A DNA stretch of 64,000 bases, from the NCBI GenBank assembly GCA_047967505.1, contig CM106538.1; one strand, written 5' to 3'. The stretch comes from Dipteris shenzhenensis (lineage: Eukaryota). The notes beneath the pieces are model-generated. The model was not told the DNA's origin. It saw nothing but the letters and a program-made list of their open reading frames with translations, and searched no databases. Each line of letters opens with the position of its first letter. The first letter of the stretch is position 1. The translations under genes and the position numbers were made by a program. Positions 38,387 to 51,691 of this stretch are shown here, one piece after another.

Positions 38387-40452
38387 TGTTATGCTCTAGG
38401 CGAGATAGCATGACCTTGGAAAGATTGGTAGGCATTTTCCCTTAGAGGACCGACTTCTGTAATATTTTATGTGCGTAAATTAAATGGTCAAGGGAAGTAA
38501 CTGCCAAGGTCTTAGGTGAGGGTGTATTGGCATCGACTAGGTGGTTCTGAGTGCTCAGGCCTAGGTGCACCTAAATGTGTAAGAATGCCAAGGGGCAAAT
38601 GTTTTAATTGTGCCCCAAGAGAGGGGTAAATGGTGTACCAAGCTAAAGGTCTAAAATGATGACATGTGGCAGGAGGGAACCATCTAGGGATTTGTGGGCT
38701 TGTGGATAGGCATGAAGAAAAGGAATTACGTATCTTGTGTGCGTGCAATCCATGAGATAGGCTGGGAGGATAATCTGGATGCAATCGCTTGTGATTGTGC
38801 CCGTGATTCGACGAAAAGAAGGCAGAGATTAGTATTTACTGTGTCATTTGGTATCAAAGCGCTCAAGCCGGACGATGGGATTCATACGAGTTGCGTATGA
38901 AGGGAGCGCAGGGTGTATTGGGCGTGTGACAGCGAGCGACGTTTGCTATTAGGTGGTCACGGGTTTAGCTGTCTCGTCCGTTGGCATCATGCAAGGATTA
39001 TGGGTGGTTACCTTCAGGACGACGATACAGCGGTTATTTGGGTAGCATGGATGAACGGCGCAGCTGTTTGACGTCATCGCAGGTTCATACCTGGTATCAC
39101 ACAAAGGAATTCGGGACCAAGACCCCGGGATATTGCAGGGACGTACGGTTCACGTAGGAATCTCAGAAGACAGGCGTGAAGCAGTCTTGAACACTTGCTG
39201 ATCTGCAGCTAGCTTAGGACCAGGGAAATAAATCGGGATATCTGCGTTACGTGGAGCTTCCAGGGGGCATCTTTTTTCCCTTCTATACAAATTTTCAGTT
39301 TTCAGTTTGCAGTCTATTTATTCCTGTACAGCAAAGGGAAATTTGAAGTGTGATATACTTTTGGAGTTTTGGCGTGCAGAAAGAAGTGAAAAAAAAATAT
39401 TCTATTTTCCCTTTTGAAAGAATGGAGGCAGAAGGACAAGATTCCAAGGTAAATCCTGGTGAATCTAGAGTGCGATCTACGCAACAAGTGTACCACCACA
39501 CAACACCTACTCTGGTGGGTAGGATTTTTGTGCTGGAAGATGCCTTACAACAGATCATGAACCAGCAGCTTCAAGTGAACGCTGGTCAAAATGAACTTAG
39601 ATGGATGGTGCAAGCCTTGTCGGCTAGACCATCTAGGAATGAAAAGGGCAAAGCTCCAGTAGAGCCAGAGCCCAGTATACACTCGTCGGAACGTGCGAAT
39701 GTCAAGGTACCTAATATTGCCAATTATAGACCGGAAAAGTACGCTGGTCGGATGACTGAGCGCAGTTCTCATGTGATCGAGGTTTGGTTACACAAGTGGG
39801 AAGAAGCCTTCGCCATTTGTGAAATCAGATCTGATCTAAAAAAAATCCGCGAGATTACTCACCTGTTTATGGAGGCAGCGGATAGGTGGTGGATAAAACA
39901 ACAGAAAGATCAGGTTGCCCCTACCACCTGGGAAGGGTTTAAGGCTGCATTTAAGAAACACTTTCTTCCACCTGACGAAGAGTCCCGAGCTTGGGATGCT
40001 TACAGAAGCCTTCGCCAGAGGAATTTGTCGGTGGCAGAGTATACTGACAAGTTCAAAAAATGTGTTATGAAAATAACAGACCCTCTCCCTATGTCGGTTC
40101 AGTTGAAAGACTATATCTATGGACTGAACGACAGGATTAAAATGGAAGTTCGGGCTAAATATGTGACTACATTAGATGAATCTATTGCAGTAGCCCTCAA
40201 CTATGAGGATGCCAGAGGCAGACCTAGTGGATTTGTGCAGGCAGGGACTTAGCATAAAGGGGGATTTCAGAGGAAATGGACTTCAAAGGCAAGTACCTCG
40301 CAGCCAAGTGGCCAAACCAAGCAGGTGAAGCCGGTTGAGGGACAAGCAAAGACAAGTACTACCGTTGGGGTGAAAAGACAAGTAACTCCAATGGCAGCCC
40401 GGGCTTGGTCAAAGTCCTCGTTGACCCCTGAGCAAAAAGAAAAAGCTAGAAA
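38387..40452 (+). mobile_element. 5' part of Gypsy family X, copy 1 (LTR, PBS and gag)
   Basis: LTR 38387-38846 and PBS TGGTATCAAAGC at 38849. The gag from ~39422 is closely similar to 61103-62140. Confidence 0.9.
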
Positions 40453-43400
40453 ATGAGAACACTGCATGGGATATGTGGAAAAGGTTGGAAGATTTGTATG
40501 CTCAACAAAGTGCAGCAAGCAAGGTTTATTGGCTCAAGAAGCTCATGGATCTTAGGATGAAGGAGGGCACAACTACGAGTGTGCACCTCAATGAGTTCAA
40601 CTCTATCATCAAGCAGTTGGCAAATCAGAAATTCAACATTGATGATGAGTTTAAAGCAACATTCTTGCTTTGCACTCTTCCTGAGAGTTGGGATATTTTC
40701 AAAACAGCTTTGAGCAATTCAAATCCTACTCTTATTTGTGCAGATGTTGAGAGTCAGCTTCTCATGGAGGAGATGAACAAGAAGAACAATTCTTCAAGTA
40801 AGTCTTCCACTACTCTTAACACAAGAGCAAAACCTCAGAATAGAGGCAATGACAGCCAAAGGAACAGATCCCGCAGTAAGTCACGTCCTAAGAAGGATAT
40901 TGAATGTTTTCATTGTGGCAAAAAGGGGCACATGAAGAAAGATTGCTTTAAGCTGAAAAGGGAGCAGAAAAAGAGCAACAACAACAATCAGGATGCCAAA
41001 TATGATAAACGCAGTCAACAAGTAGAGAGTAGTAATAGTGGTGTGAAGAATGAAGAGGTTTTCATCACTTGATGCACATGCTTTGGTCATAGAAGAAGAC
41101 AGTGACATGACCACTTGGATCATTGATTCAGGTGCTTCCTTTCATGTGACACCACACAGGGAGTGCTTTTGCTCATATAATGGTGGTTTACATGGTGTTG
41201 TGCATCTTGGAAACAATTATGCATGCTCTATTGCAGAGATTGGAGATGTGAAACTTGCATTTTCTGATGGCACACATTTTATACTTCATGATGTTAGGCA
41301 TGTGCCAAAGCTGAAAAAGAACTTGGTTAGTACTCGTCAATTGGATGATCAAGGATACTATACTGTGTTTGGTAATAGTAGGTGGAAGATAACCAAGGGA
41401 GCCAGAGTCATTGCAAAGGGGTACAAGTGTGATACTTTGTATACTTTGCATGTTTCTGATGTAAAGAATCATGTGGTTGCCGTAACTGAGGTGCCAAAGG
41501 TTTCATTGTGGCATGGCCGGTTAGGACACATGAGTGTTAAAGGAATGCAGGTACTATCTCAATTGGGTTATTTACCGTCTCTGAAATTTTCAGAATTTAA
41601 GCATTGTAAGCATTGCATTTTTTGTAAGCATTCACAGTCACCACATAAAGTGACATTGCAACAAAGATTTAGATTTGGTACATAGTGATGTATGTCAAAT
41701 GCCTCCTCAGTTGTCTATGGGTGGTCATGAATACTTTGTTACATTTATAGATGATGCCACAAGGAAAGTGTGGGTCTATTTCATCAAGAGGAAGGATGAA
41801 GTTTTTGGTGCATTTCAAAAGTTTGTTGCCTTGGTTGAAAATCAGACAGGTAAGAAGTTGAAATGCTTACGCTCTAATAATGGAGGAGAATATGTCTCCA
41901 AAATATTTCAGGAATTTTGTGACATGAAAGGGATAAAGAGGAAACTCACAAGCCCTCATAATCCTCCACAAAATGGAATTGCAGAGCGAACAAATCGGAC
42001 TATTCAAGATAGAGTCCGTAGTATGCTGTCTCATGCTGCCTTACCCCATGGTTTTTGGGCAGTGGCTGTTCAAACAACCATTCATGTCATCAACAGGTCA
42101 CCAAATAATCGGTTGGATGGTAAAGTAGCCGATGAACAGTGGTATGGCAAGCCACCTTCATATAAACACTTGAGAGTATTTGGCTGTGATGCGTATGTGC
42201 ACATACGAAAAGAGCAGCGCAACAAACTCCAACCAAAGTCAAATAGATGCATCTTTATTGGATATGGTGACACTGGTGAAATGGGGTATAGATTGTGGGA
42301 TCCCGTTGGAAGGAAGATTATACGCAGCAATGATGTGATTTTTCATGAGGAAAGCATGCACAGGCAGCCCACGCAAAAATCAGAAAATAGGAAGGCTGTC
42401 TTTGAAGAAATCATTGTGAATAGACAGCAAAATATGCCCAATAATATGCAGCAAGGTGCTGCTGCAAATGTCCCTAATGCGCAGAGAATCAGCCCAATCA
42501 AATTGCCTTTTATATGCCACAGATAGAGCCACATTTGGGCGATGTAGGACAGCCAGAGGAGGTGGTACAGCCACATAATATGGCTGATATGCAGGCTGAA
42601 CAGCCAGCCAATCAAGATAATTGGGTAAGAAGATCCACCAGAGTCTCCAAACCTCCTGATAGGCTTGTTCCAGGACAGAACTACGTGGCTGATTTTGTCA
42701 TGCTTACAGATTGTGGTGAGCCTTCATGCTATCAGGAAGCAATCAGAAGGCATGATAAGAGAAAGTGGGAGAAGGCCATGCATTCAGAAATGGATTCTCT
42801 TATCAAAAATTAAACATGGGATTTGGTGAAACTACCAACTGGAAAGAATGCCTTACCATGCAAATGGGTTTATAAGATCAAGGTCACTCCTAATGCTGAG
42901 AACAAATACAAGGCAAGATTGGTTGCCAAGGGTTCAAGCAACAGAAGGGCATTGACTTTGATGAAATTTTTTCTGCTGTGGTGAAAATGACAACATTGAG
43001 GGCTGCTTTGGCATTAATTGCACATGAGGATATGGACTTGTGTCAAATGGATGTCAAGACTGCATTTCTCCATGGTGATCTTCATGAGGAAATTTATATG
43101 GTACAGCCAGAAGGGTTTGTCAGTGAAGGCAAAGAAAAGCTGGTATGCAAGCTGAAAAAGAGCTTATATGGGTTGAAGCAGGCTCCAAGGGAGTGGTACT
43201 TCAAATTCCATACTTTCATGCAATCTCAGTGGTTTAGAAGAAGTGATGTTGATCACTGCCTCTATACCAAGAAAGCAAAGGATGGTAGTCTTATTTTGCT
43301 CATCATTTATGTTGATGACATGCTTATTGCAAGCAAATCTCAGTATTAGATCAATGCATTGAAGATGGGACTGCATAAGACATTTGATATGAAGGATCTT

Positions 43401-44634
43401 GGTGATGCAAATCACATTTTAGGGATGCGCATCATACGGGACAGAAATCAGAAATTGCTCTATTTGTCTCAGAAGGAATACATTGGCAAGGTCTTGCAGC
43501 GTTTCAATATGGAGGGAGGAAAGATTCTTGGTACTCCATTGCCTCCATATGTGAAACTCAGTCAGAAAGACAGCCCACAGTCAAATGATGAGAGGGCTGA
43601 AATGGCCAAGATTCCTTATGCATCCGTGGTTGGTAGTCTCATGTATGCAATGGTGGCTACACGTCCAGATATTGCCTTTGCAGTGGGAGTTGTCAGTAGA
43701 TACATGGCAACACCTAGCAAGAAGCATTGGGAAGCCGTGAAAGGTATCATGAGATATCTTAAGGGCACAATGCATGTGTGCATTTGCTTTGGGAAGAAAG
43801 ACTTGGTTCTTCATGGGTTCACAGACTCAGATTTTGCAGGATGTGTAGACCAAAGAAAGTCTACTACAAGATATGTTTTCACCTTAGGTGGTGGTGCTAT
43901 TTCATGGATCTCTCGGTTGCAGAAATGCATTGCTTTATCTACCACAGAGGCAGAATATGTTGCAGCCACAGAGGCGTGCAAAGAAGCCATATGGTTATCT
44001 CATCTAGTGGGAGATATTGGTTTATCAGGAGAGGTTCCTATTTTGCATTGTGATAGTCAGAGTGCTATTCAGCTAGCACGTAATCCTGTGTTTCATGCCA
44101 AAACGAAACACATCGAGGTGAAATATCATTTTATCAGAGAGGTGCTTGAGGATAAGAGTATTCAGTTTGTCAAAGTGCACACTGATGACAATCCTGCAGA
44201 TCTTTTAGCCAAGAGTCTTAACCCGCAACGCTTTGCACATTGCAGAGTACACATGGGTGTTGGCTGAGTTTCTCATGATTGAGATTCTCTTGTATTTTGT
44301 GTATATGTTTTCTATGTACACTTCTTCCTCTTTTTGGGCACATTGCCTTTAAGTGGGAGATTGTTAGGGATAAAGGCATAATGTGCTATCCCTTGTATAA
44401 GTGGTACTTATAATGCCACGTCATCACCTTATCTATTCTTTGTATAAAAGGCAATAAGGGAAGTCACATAGAAGACTTTTGCTTCCCACAAAACGTGTGT
44501 TCTCTCTTTTGCTCTCTCACCTTTCTCCATCTCCCTCTTATAGAAGACTTTTGCTTCCCACAAAACATGTGTTCTCTCTTTTGCTCTCTCGCCTTTCTCC
44601 ATCTCCCTCTTGCTTCCGCTCCTTACTCCCATCA
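40453..44634 (+). mobile_element. 5'-truncated Ty1/Copia element (Tnt1/Tork-like) with 3' LTR
   Basis: Partial gag, PR, INT, RT (IYVDDML) and RH ending at 44267. PPT TAAGTGGGAGA, then an LTR at 44362-44634 containing a 72-bp internal tandem duplication. Confidence 0.9.
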
Positions 44635-47513
44635 TGATATGCATTCTGAAATGAATGATGTAGACAAAGAAAAATTTCAGTTTATTGTAAACTTTAAGGA
44701 TTACTTTTCCAATGCTTTGCCAGGGGAGTTACCCCCAGAGAGACCAGAAGATCATCAGATAGAGTTAATGCCTGATAGTGAGCCACCAAATAGACCACCT
44801 TATAGAGTCAGTGCGACTCAGAGAGAGGAGATTATGGCTCAGGTGCAGGATTTGCTGTCCAAAGGGTTGATTCAGCCCAATTCATCTCCTTTTTGCTCAC
44901 TAATACTTCTAGTACAGAAGAAAGATGGTTCTTTTCGAATGTGCATTGATTATCATGCATTGAATAAGATGACCATCAAAAATAGATTTCCGATACCACG
45001 CAAAGATGAGGTGCTTGACCAGCTCAGAGGAGCAACAGTTTTTAGCAAGATAGACTTGAAGAGTAGCTATCATCAAGTCAGAATACAACCACAAGATGTT
45101 CATAAGACAGCTTTTCGCACTACATTCAGGTTGTATGAATATTTAGTGATGCCTTTTGGGTTGACAAATGCTCCACCCACATTCAATAGAATGATGGATC
45201 GCATCTTCCGAAAGTACAGGCACTTCACGGGTACTTTCTTTGATGATATTCTAATCTTTTCAAAGACAGAAAAAGAGCACAGGAAACATCTTGCTTTGGT
45301 ATTTCAAGAACTTCCAAATCATTAGCTTTTTGCCAATAGCAAGAAAAGTGAATTCTTTTTGGAAGAGATCCATTATCTGGGACATAATATATCCAAGAAT
45401 GGGATACAGATGGATCCTGCACAGATCCGAGCCATTCAAGAATGGCCTGAGCTGAAAACTATGCATGAAGTCCGTACTTTTTTGGGACTTTGCTCCTACT
45501 ATAGAAGATTCATTAAGCATTTTGCTGATATTGCAGCTCCACTACATGACCTTACTAAGAAAAATGCAGCCTTCACATGGGGAATGTCACAGAAGAAAGC
45601 ATTCAATACACTCAAGGAGAAGTTGACTACAAAGCCTATTCTTGTAGTCTCGGATCTGTATCAATCTTTTGATGTTGATTGCGATGCCTGTGGAGAGTGT
45701 GTTGGGGCTGCATTACATCAGAATGGACATGTAGTAGCTTACATGAGCCGAAGATTGCGTGATGCTGAAAGATATCTGAGAATCTATGAAAAGAATCGTT
45801 GACTGTAGTTCATGCTGTGAACACATGGAAGCATTATCTTTTGGCTGCAGATTTTACTGTTAAAACAGATCACCAAAGTCTGAGGTATTTTCTAACTCAG
45901 ACAAAACTCTCCGAGAAGCATATGAAATGGGCAAATATGCTGTCAACGTATCATTTTCAAATTGTCCATACTCCAGGAATTCCGAACAGAGTGGCAGATG
46001 CCTTGTCCCGAAGATCCTAGGTCAACAATGTGACCATTGCTTATCATCAAAACCTGGAAGGCATGAGGGAGCAATATGCTAATGATGCAGATTTTGGTGA
46101 GATTTTACAGCAAATGCAAGAGGGGCAGTCCACCAGTCACTATTCCCTGAAAGATGGGTATCTAATGAAAGATGACTGCCTATGCATCACCCAGGAGATG
46201 AGGAAAAAGATTTTAGAAGAATGCCATGCACCTCCCTATCCTGGAAATAGAGGAATTATAGCAACAACTCTAGCACTAGAGAGGTATTTCTTTTGGCCAT
46301 GGATGCGAAAAGATATACATTAGTTTGTTATTGAATGCCTTACGTGTCCGAAAGTAGAGTATGATAGACGGATGGCACCTAGCCTACTTATGCCTCTTCC
46401 TGTGCCTCAGGCACCGTGGGAAAGTATTACAATGGACTTTATTTTTGATTTGCCAAGATCAAAGTCAGGGAATGATGGGATTTGGACTATCATCGATAGA
46501 TTCAGCAAGCAAGCTCATTTCATTCCGGTTCGCAAAACCATAAAGGCAAATCATATGGCTAAGCTCTTCATGGCACATATTTTTAAGCATCATGGTATGC
46601 CTAAGTCCATTGTTAGTGATCGAGATCCCAGAATGACCAGTCTATTCTGGGGAGCTTTATTTGATAATTTGGGGACGAATCTGAATTTTTCTTCTTCTTT
46701 CCATCCCCAGACAGATGGTCAAAGTTAAGTAGCAAATTCTTCATCATTGGATATGCTGAAATGCTACGTGGCTAACCAAGGTTCAGACTGGGAAAAGTAC
46801 CTACCATTGGTAGAGTTTGCTTACAATAATACAGTACACAGCTCTACATGGGAAAGCCCCCTTTGAGATCATCTATGTGAAGGTGATTCTGCCACCTATC
46901 CTGAGGACCAAGGACGAAATATTTGCAGCTGATCAGTTTATAAGAGACCTCCAGAGACAGCCTACAGCCAAGTCCAGACAGCAATTAAAAGGTCTCAAGA
47001 AAAGCATAAAGAGCTATAGATAAGCATAGGAGACAATTAGATCTCAAGGAAGGGGATTGGATACTTTTAAAGTTCCAGAAAGCTAGGCTCCGCAAGTTTA
47101 AAGGCAAACAGAAAGTATATGCAAAGTTATCTCCTAGGTACTATGGCCCTTTCACGGTTACAGAAAGAATAAATGAGGTTGCATACAGGTTAGCATTGCC
47201 AGAGCATTGGAGGATTCACAATGCATTCCATGTGAGTCTTCTAAAGAAATTTCAGGGGCCAGAGCCTACGGAAGCAATATCAGAGGATCCACCAGAAGTG
47301 GATGAGCTAGAGGAGGTCCTTCGGCCAAAGCAGATAGTGTACCATACTGCACGCAAAGGCCCTAAGGGCAAGGAATTTTACAGGTACCTTGTAAAATTCA
47401 AGAATTATACGGCATTGGATACCAAGTGAATGGATGAAGGCAAGTTGTCCGATCATCCACAGCTTTTGGATGTTTACAAGGAAGCTTTTCAGTAGAGGTC
47501 AACTGAATGGATG

Positions 47514-49225
47514 TGTTCATTGTGGACGCCCGCCGTGACTAGAATTAGTCCACAGTGTGTTATTTGCATGCAAAGCGCTAACAATTAATGGGTGCCATGG
47601 TGGTGCACTTTAATTAATTGTTGCAGGTACTAGGAAGAGTTATTTTCCTAAGCGCAAGGGAGCCTAACAAGAGTCTAAGTGTTTCGAAGACTCCAGAGTT
47701 TCCCTTACTGGCATGTAACTAGGAAAGTTATGTAGAGTTTGACAAGTGGCTTGTTGCCAAGAAGAGAGCCTAAGAGCTCATGTAATGATTCATTCACGTT
47801 TTGATTATGTATGAACAGCTTTCACGCTGAACTCATGTACTCCATTTTCTCTGTGATGAATAGCAAGAAAACCTTCGGGGGGGTCCAGCCCGACGATTGT
47901 CCTGGGCCCTAGTGTATCTGTTGAGAGAGGGAGAGCAAATGAGAGTGTCTTTGCTATCTTTTACGAAGGAGGTTTCATGCCGTCTTGCTGCCCTTTGGCC
48001 TTGATGTCTCATGTGAGCTTCCCTTGAACCCAAAAGCGGTAGTGGCATTCTCAACCAGCTGGGACATATTGGAAACACTTATCTTCGTGCAGTAGCCCCA
48101 AATCTCCTTTGGCAACCTGCAGCAATATCTTTCAATTTGCTCGGACAACTATACATGTCTGTAAGAATTCACTGGCAGTAGGGCTTCCAAAACTTCTTAT
48201 TGTAGTCCTCCAAATTTCTGCAATTTGCAGCATCTAATTTGTACCAGGCGGTCATGATATCCACCTCAAAAGTGGTAGTGAGCCATGCTGCTGAGAAGAC
48301 TTGCTTGAATTCGACCCAAATAGTAGGTGCTCTCCCTTGCAAGTGGAGGTTGGTCCACCATTGGAGCACATTGCCCTTCAGCTTCCGTCCGTACAGCTCC
48401 CAGCGCATTCCGTACAACTTCGCACGCAGCCCGAGCTGCACATTCCATATAAGTGCCGTACACACGTACAGATCTGAAGCGGCGCTCGTACACATATCCC
48501 GTGAGCAGTCCGAAATCTGCACGTCAGCCCCCTACTCCCATCCATACAACGTACAGACTATCCGTCCGTACATCTGTGCCACCATCCCTACAGCGTACGG
48601 ATCCCATACCTGCATTTCGTACAGCACGTGCCAACCGCACACGCCGCTGTACTGCTGCAGTTTCGCCATACAACTTCTGTACTATTCTTCTGTACAGTTC
48701 GACGTACTACTGCAGGCTTCTGGCCATACATCGTCGTCCGTCCTCCGAGGTACCTGCCTGCAGTCAGCATCCGTACAGCCCTACAATCCGTACTATACAG
48801 ACTGTTGTAGGTCTTCAAAGCAGGTTACTTCCAGATGATACTCCAACAGGGTGCTTGTTTGCAGGTTTTTTTAGCAAGTGGACATTGCAAGGAGTTTTTT
48901 CTCTGGCTCTTGTGCATATAGCCATTGTTTGGCTTAGTTTTAGGGAGCACATTTAGAGCTTTGGCAGACATTGCAATCACTTTGCAAGATCTACTCCAGA
49001 ATTTGGGGCTTGGTGATTTTGCTTGCAATTTTTGCAGAGAAATTGGAGCTTTTGCAAGCAGAGCACAAATCTTGCTACATTTGGGGCTTTTAGTCTACTT
49101 GCCCTCTTTTGTATGCAATTTCCCACAAGAAATTGGGGCTTCTGCATTTGGGTTGCAATTTTGCAGTTGAAAGAGCATTTTGGAGGTTTGCAAGCAGTTC
49201 TGGACTCAGTGTGAGTCAATTTGCT
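47514..49225 (-). mobile_element. Internally deleted Gypsy element (element V): leader, partial gag and partial LTR
   Basis: 47514-48050 is homologous to LTR 32215-32660. A gag fragment reads LQWWTNLHLQGRAPTIWVEFKQVF. The leader carries CCGTACAG repeats. Confidence 0.7.
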
Positions 49226-49227
49226 GA

Positions 49228-50196
49228 CTTTCTTTTTTTCAAAGAAAGGAACCTTCTATTAATGCTTGAAAGATTTCATATAAGACAGCAGCCCCGGAGG
49301 TGCTGAGTATGGAAAAAACCCGAAAAAGGCTCAAAGAAAAACCAACCTATTCCTAAGAAACCCTAGCTCACTACCTAGGGGATCTCTCGAACTGGGGCTA
49401 ACAGCCAAGTGGGGGGACTATACAGCCACCGAATCCCTCACGGAGTGAAGATGTAGAAAACACCTGCAGGCCAAGCCTTGCAAAAACAAGCACGCCTCTT
49501 GATAGTCGCCTTGGAGCCTGGAGTCCCGCGCTCCCAGGTGGACCGTAGAGTGTAGATGATATCCTGCCATATGGCAGCTAGGGTAGCCGCGCGTGGAACC
49601 GGGTGCTCACCCATCACAAGACTGCAGCTAGCCACCCAAATGTTCGAAGCCATGATGCTGGCTACTACCTCCCAAACAATGTCCTCCTTAGGAGAAGGAG
49701 GAGCTAGACTGCTATCAGGGGGGACTGCCTCATGGAGTGCGATCCTCTAGATGCTCTGACCCTATATCTGGTAGGCTGGGAAGATCTCATTAATCTGAAA
49801 CGCGTGTCCTCCCTCTGTCAACCAAGCCACCATCCCCCAGGTATAGTCTCTATGAAGACTTTGCATACGTGTCATGATCATGAGAGCTCCCATCCAAATC
49901 CTCGTCGTGCTGCGACAGCTCCACAGGCAATGTGGGCTAGTCTCCAGGACACCATCAGAGCAACAACAACACTGCCCCTCCACTCGCATCTGCTCCAACC
50001 ACAGTCCGATCAGCAAGCCTCCGTGGGTGGCCAGCTAGAAGAAGTAAGAGATCTTCCTCGGAAAAAGGCCAAAGTCAAGCCATCCTCACCCAGACATTTC
50101 TGGGTCGGGAGAGCCTTGAGGGCTTCCCAAATCTCCTCATCTGTGAAAGGCTCCTCAAGTCTGCTACATAAGTCCTACGAGACTACTGGCGGAACA
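49228..50196 (-). mobile_element. 3' fragment of an L1-type LINE with the RT core deleted
   Basis: EEPFTDEEIWEALKALPTQKCLGEDG (RT N-terminus) joins the C-terminal zinc-finger region (C..C...ETSPHCLWSC...IW). An A-rich tail lies at ~49228-49239. Confidence 0.75.
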
Positions 50197-51217
50197 TGTT
50201 ATGCTCTAGCCGAGATAGCATGACCTCGGAAAGATCGGTGGGCATTTTCTCTTAGATAACCAACTGTTGTAATAATTAATGTGCGTAAATGAAACGGTCA
50301 AGAGAAGTAACTACCAAGGTCCTAGGTGAGGGTGAAATGGCATTGACTAGGTGGTTCTGAGTGCTAAGGCCTAGGTGCACCTAAATGTGCAATAATGCCA
50401 AGGGGCAAGTGGTTTTAAATGTGCCCCAAGAGAGGGGTAAATGGTGCACCAAGTGGAAAGGCTAAAATGATGACATTTGGCAAGGGGAACCATCTAGGGA
50501 GATGAGGGTCTCGTGGATATGCATGAGGAAGAAAAAGGACGTATTAATTGGAAAACATGCGATCTACGAGAGTAGGCTGGGAGGAAATAACAGATGCCAT
50601 CGCCCGTGATCTGACTGTGTGTTAGAGAATAGAGAATTTATCAATTGGTATCAGAGCTGAAGGTAAGGGAAGGAGGATCATTAGACTGTGACGGACAGCA
50701 GGCGGAGAAAATTTCAGCGGCTGCTCGACATGCTCCACGAAGACTATCGTCACCTACAAGGACCTGCGGATCATAGTTGACGTGACGAATTGGAGGCCTA
50801 GATATCCTGGTGGATTGACGAGGTGAGGAGGAGGAGCGGTGTAATAGGGGAAATGGGCAACGTAGGGAGAGCGGACAGGAAGAGTCGCCATTGCCATCGC
50901 CTGCCAAGTTTTTCGTGGCTAATTTACATCATAGTTCCGGTCGCAGGTGAACCGACGCGCATCAGAGGCGAGTGACGACAAGCTACCCGTCGGTGGTAGC
51001 GACGATGCTGAATCATTGACTGGACTTCCGCGGTTTTACCGTTTTTCTTTCCAGCCGTTGGTGGGGCTTTGTTTGGAGATGACATCGGAGCTACATCAGG
51101 CGCTTTGGTATCTTTAACGGTGGAGGGAAAAGATCGTGGTTAGCCCAGGATGCTTAAAACCCGATCGTTGAACTCGGGATATATTTTTTAAAAAAAGCGA
51201 ACCAGGGATAAATACGA

Positions 51218-51691
51218 TGTTAGCCCTCTCTACTCTGAAGACTAACTCGAAACGCACTACTGCGACAGATTTACATGCGTAATCGTACTTCAGAACTGCG
51301 TATGAAAATTCATAGAGTAGAACAGTGATCGACAGAATCATTCATGATAAAACAATAAGGTAGATGCAATAGAATCTCTGTATTACATTTCTCTGAGCAG
51401 TACAACACCGTACTCTCTGATACATAGCACTGATCCTTGCTCCGATCCTCATCAATGAGCCCCCTGAATGATCGCTCTCTTCTCTCTTATCTAACCGGCA
51501 CACATAACTCCTTCACGGTTGCCGTGACGGTTGCCGTGACGGTTCAGTTCTCCGCCTAGTCCTAGAACTTCCGTCTTTTCATATCTCACTATAAACTAGA
51601 TACAACGTATTAATGATAATGATCTAAGGACTAATGATCTAAGGACTCCCCCCCTAGTTCCTCTTTGCTGTTGCTGCTTTTGCCCTTAACA
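51218..51691 (-). repeat. 3' LTR of element Y
   Basis: By eye it is identical to 60368-60841 except for one 6-bp patch. Confidence 0.97.

Larger units (their letters stand above)
36637..47500 (+). mobile_element. Decayed chromovirus-type Ty3/Gypsy element (element Z), split by a 6.2-kb insertion block
   Basis: gag and PR (LILFDPGSTNNFIS) at 36637-38386. It resumes at 44635 with RT (FFDDIL), RH, INT and a chromodomain ([10 protein letters not shown]). No LTRs could be identified. Confidence 0.85.
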
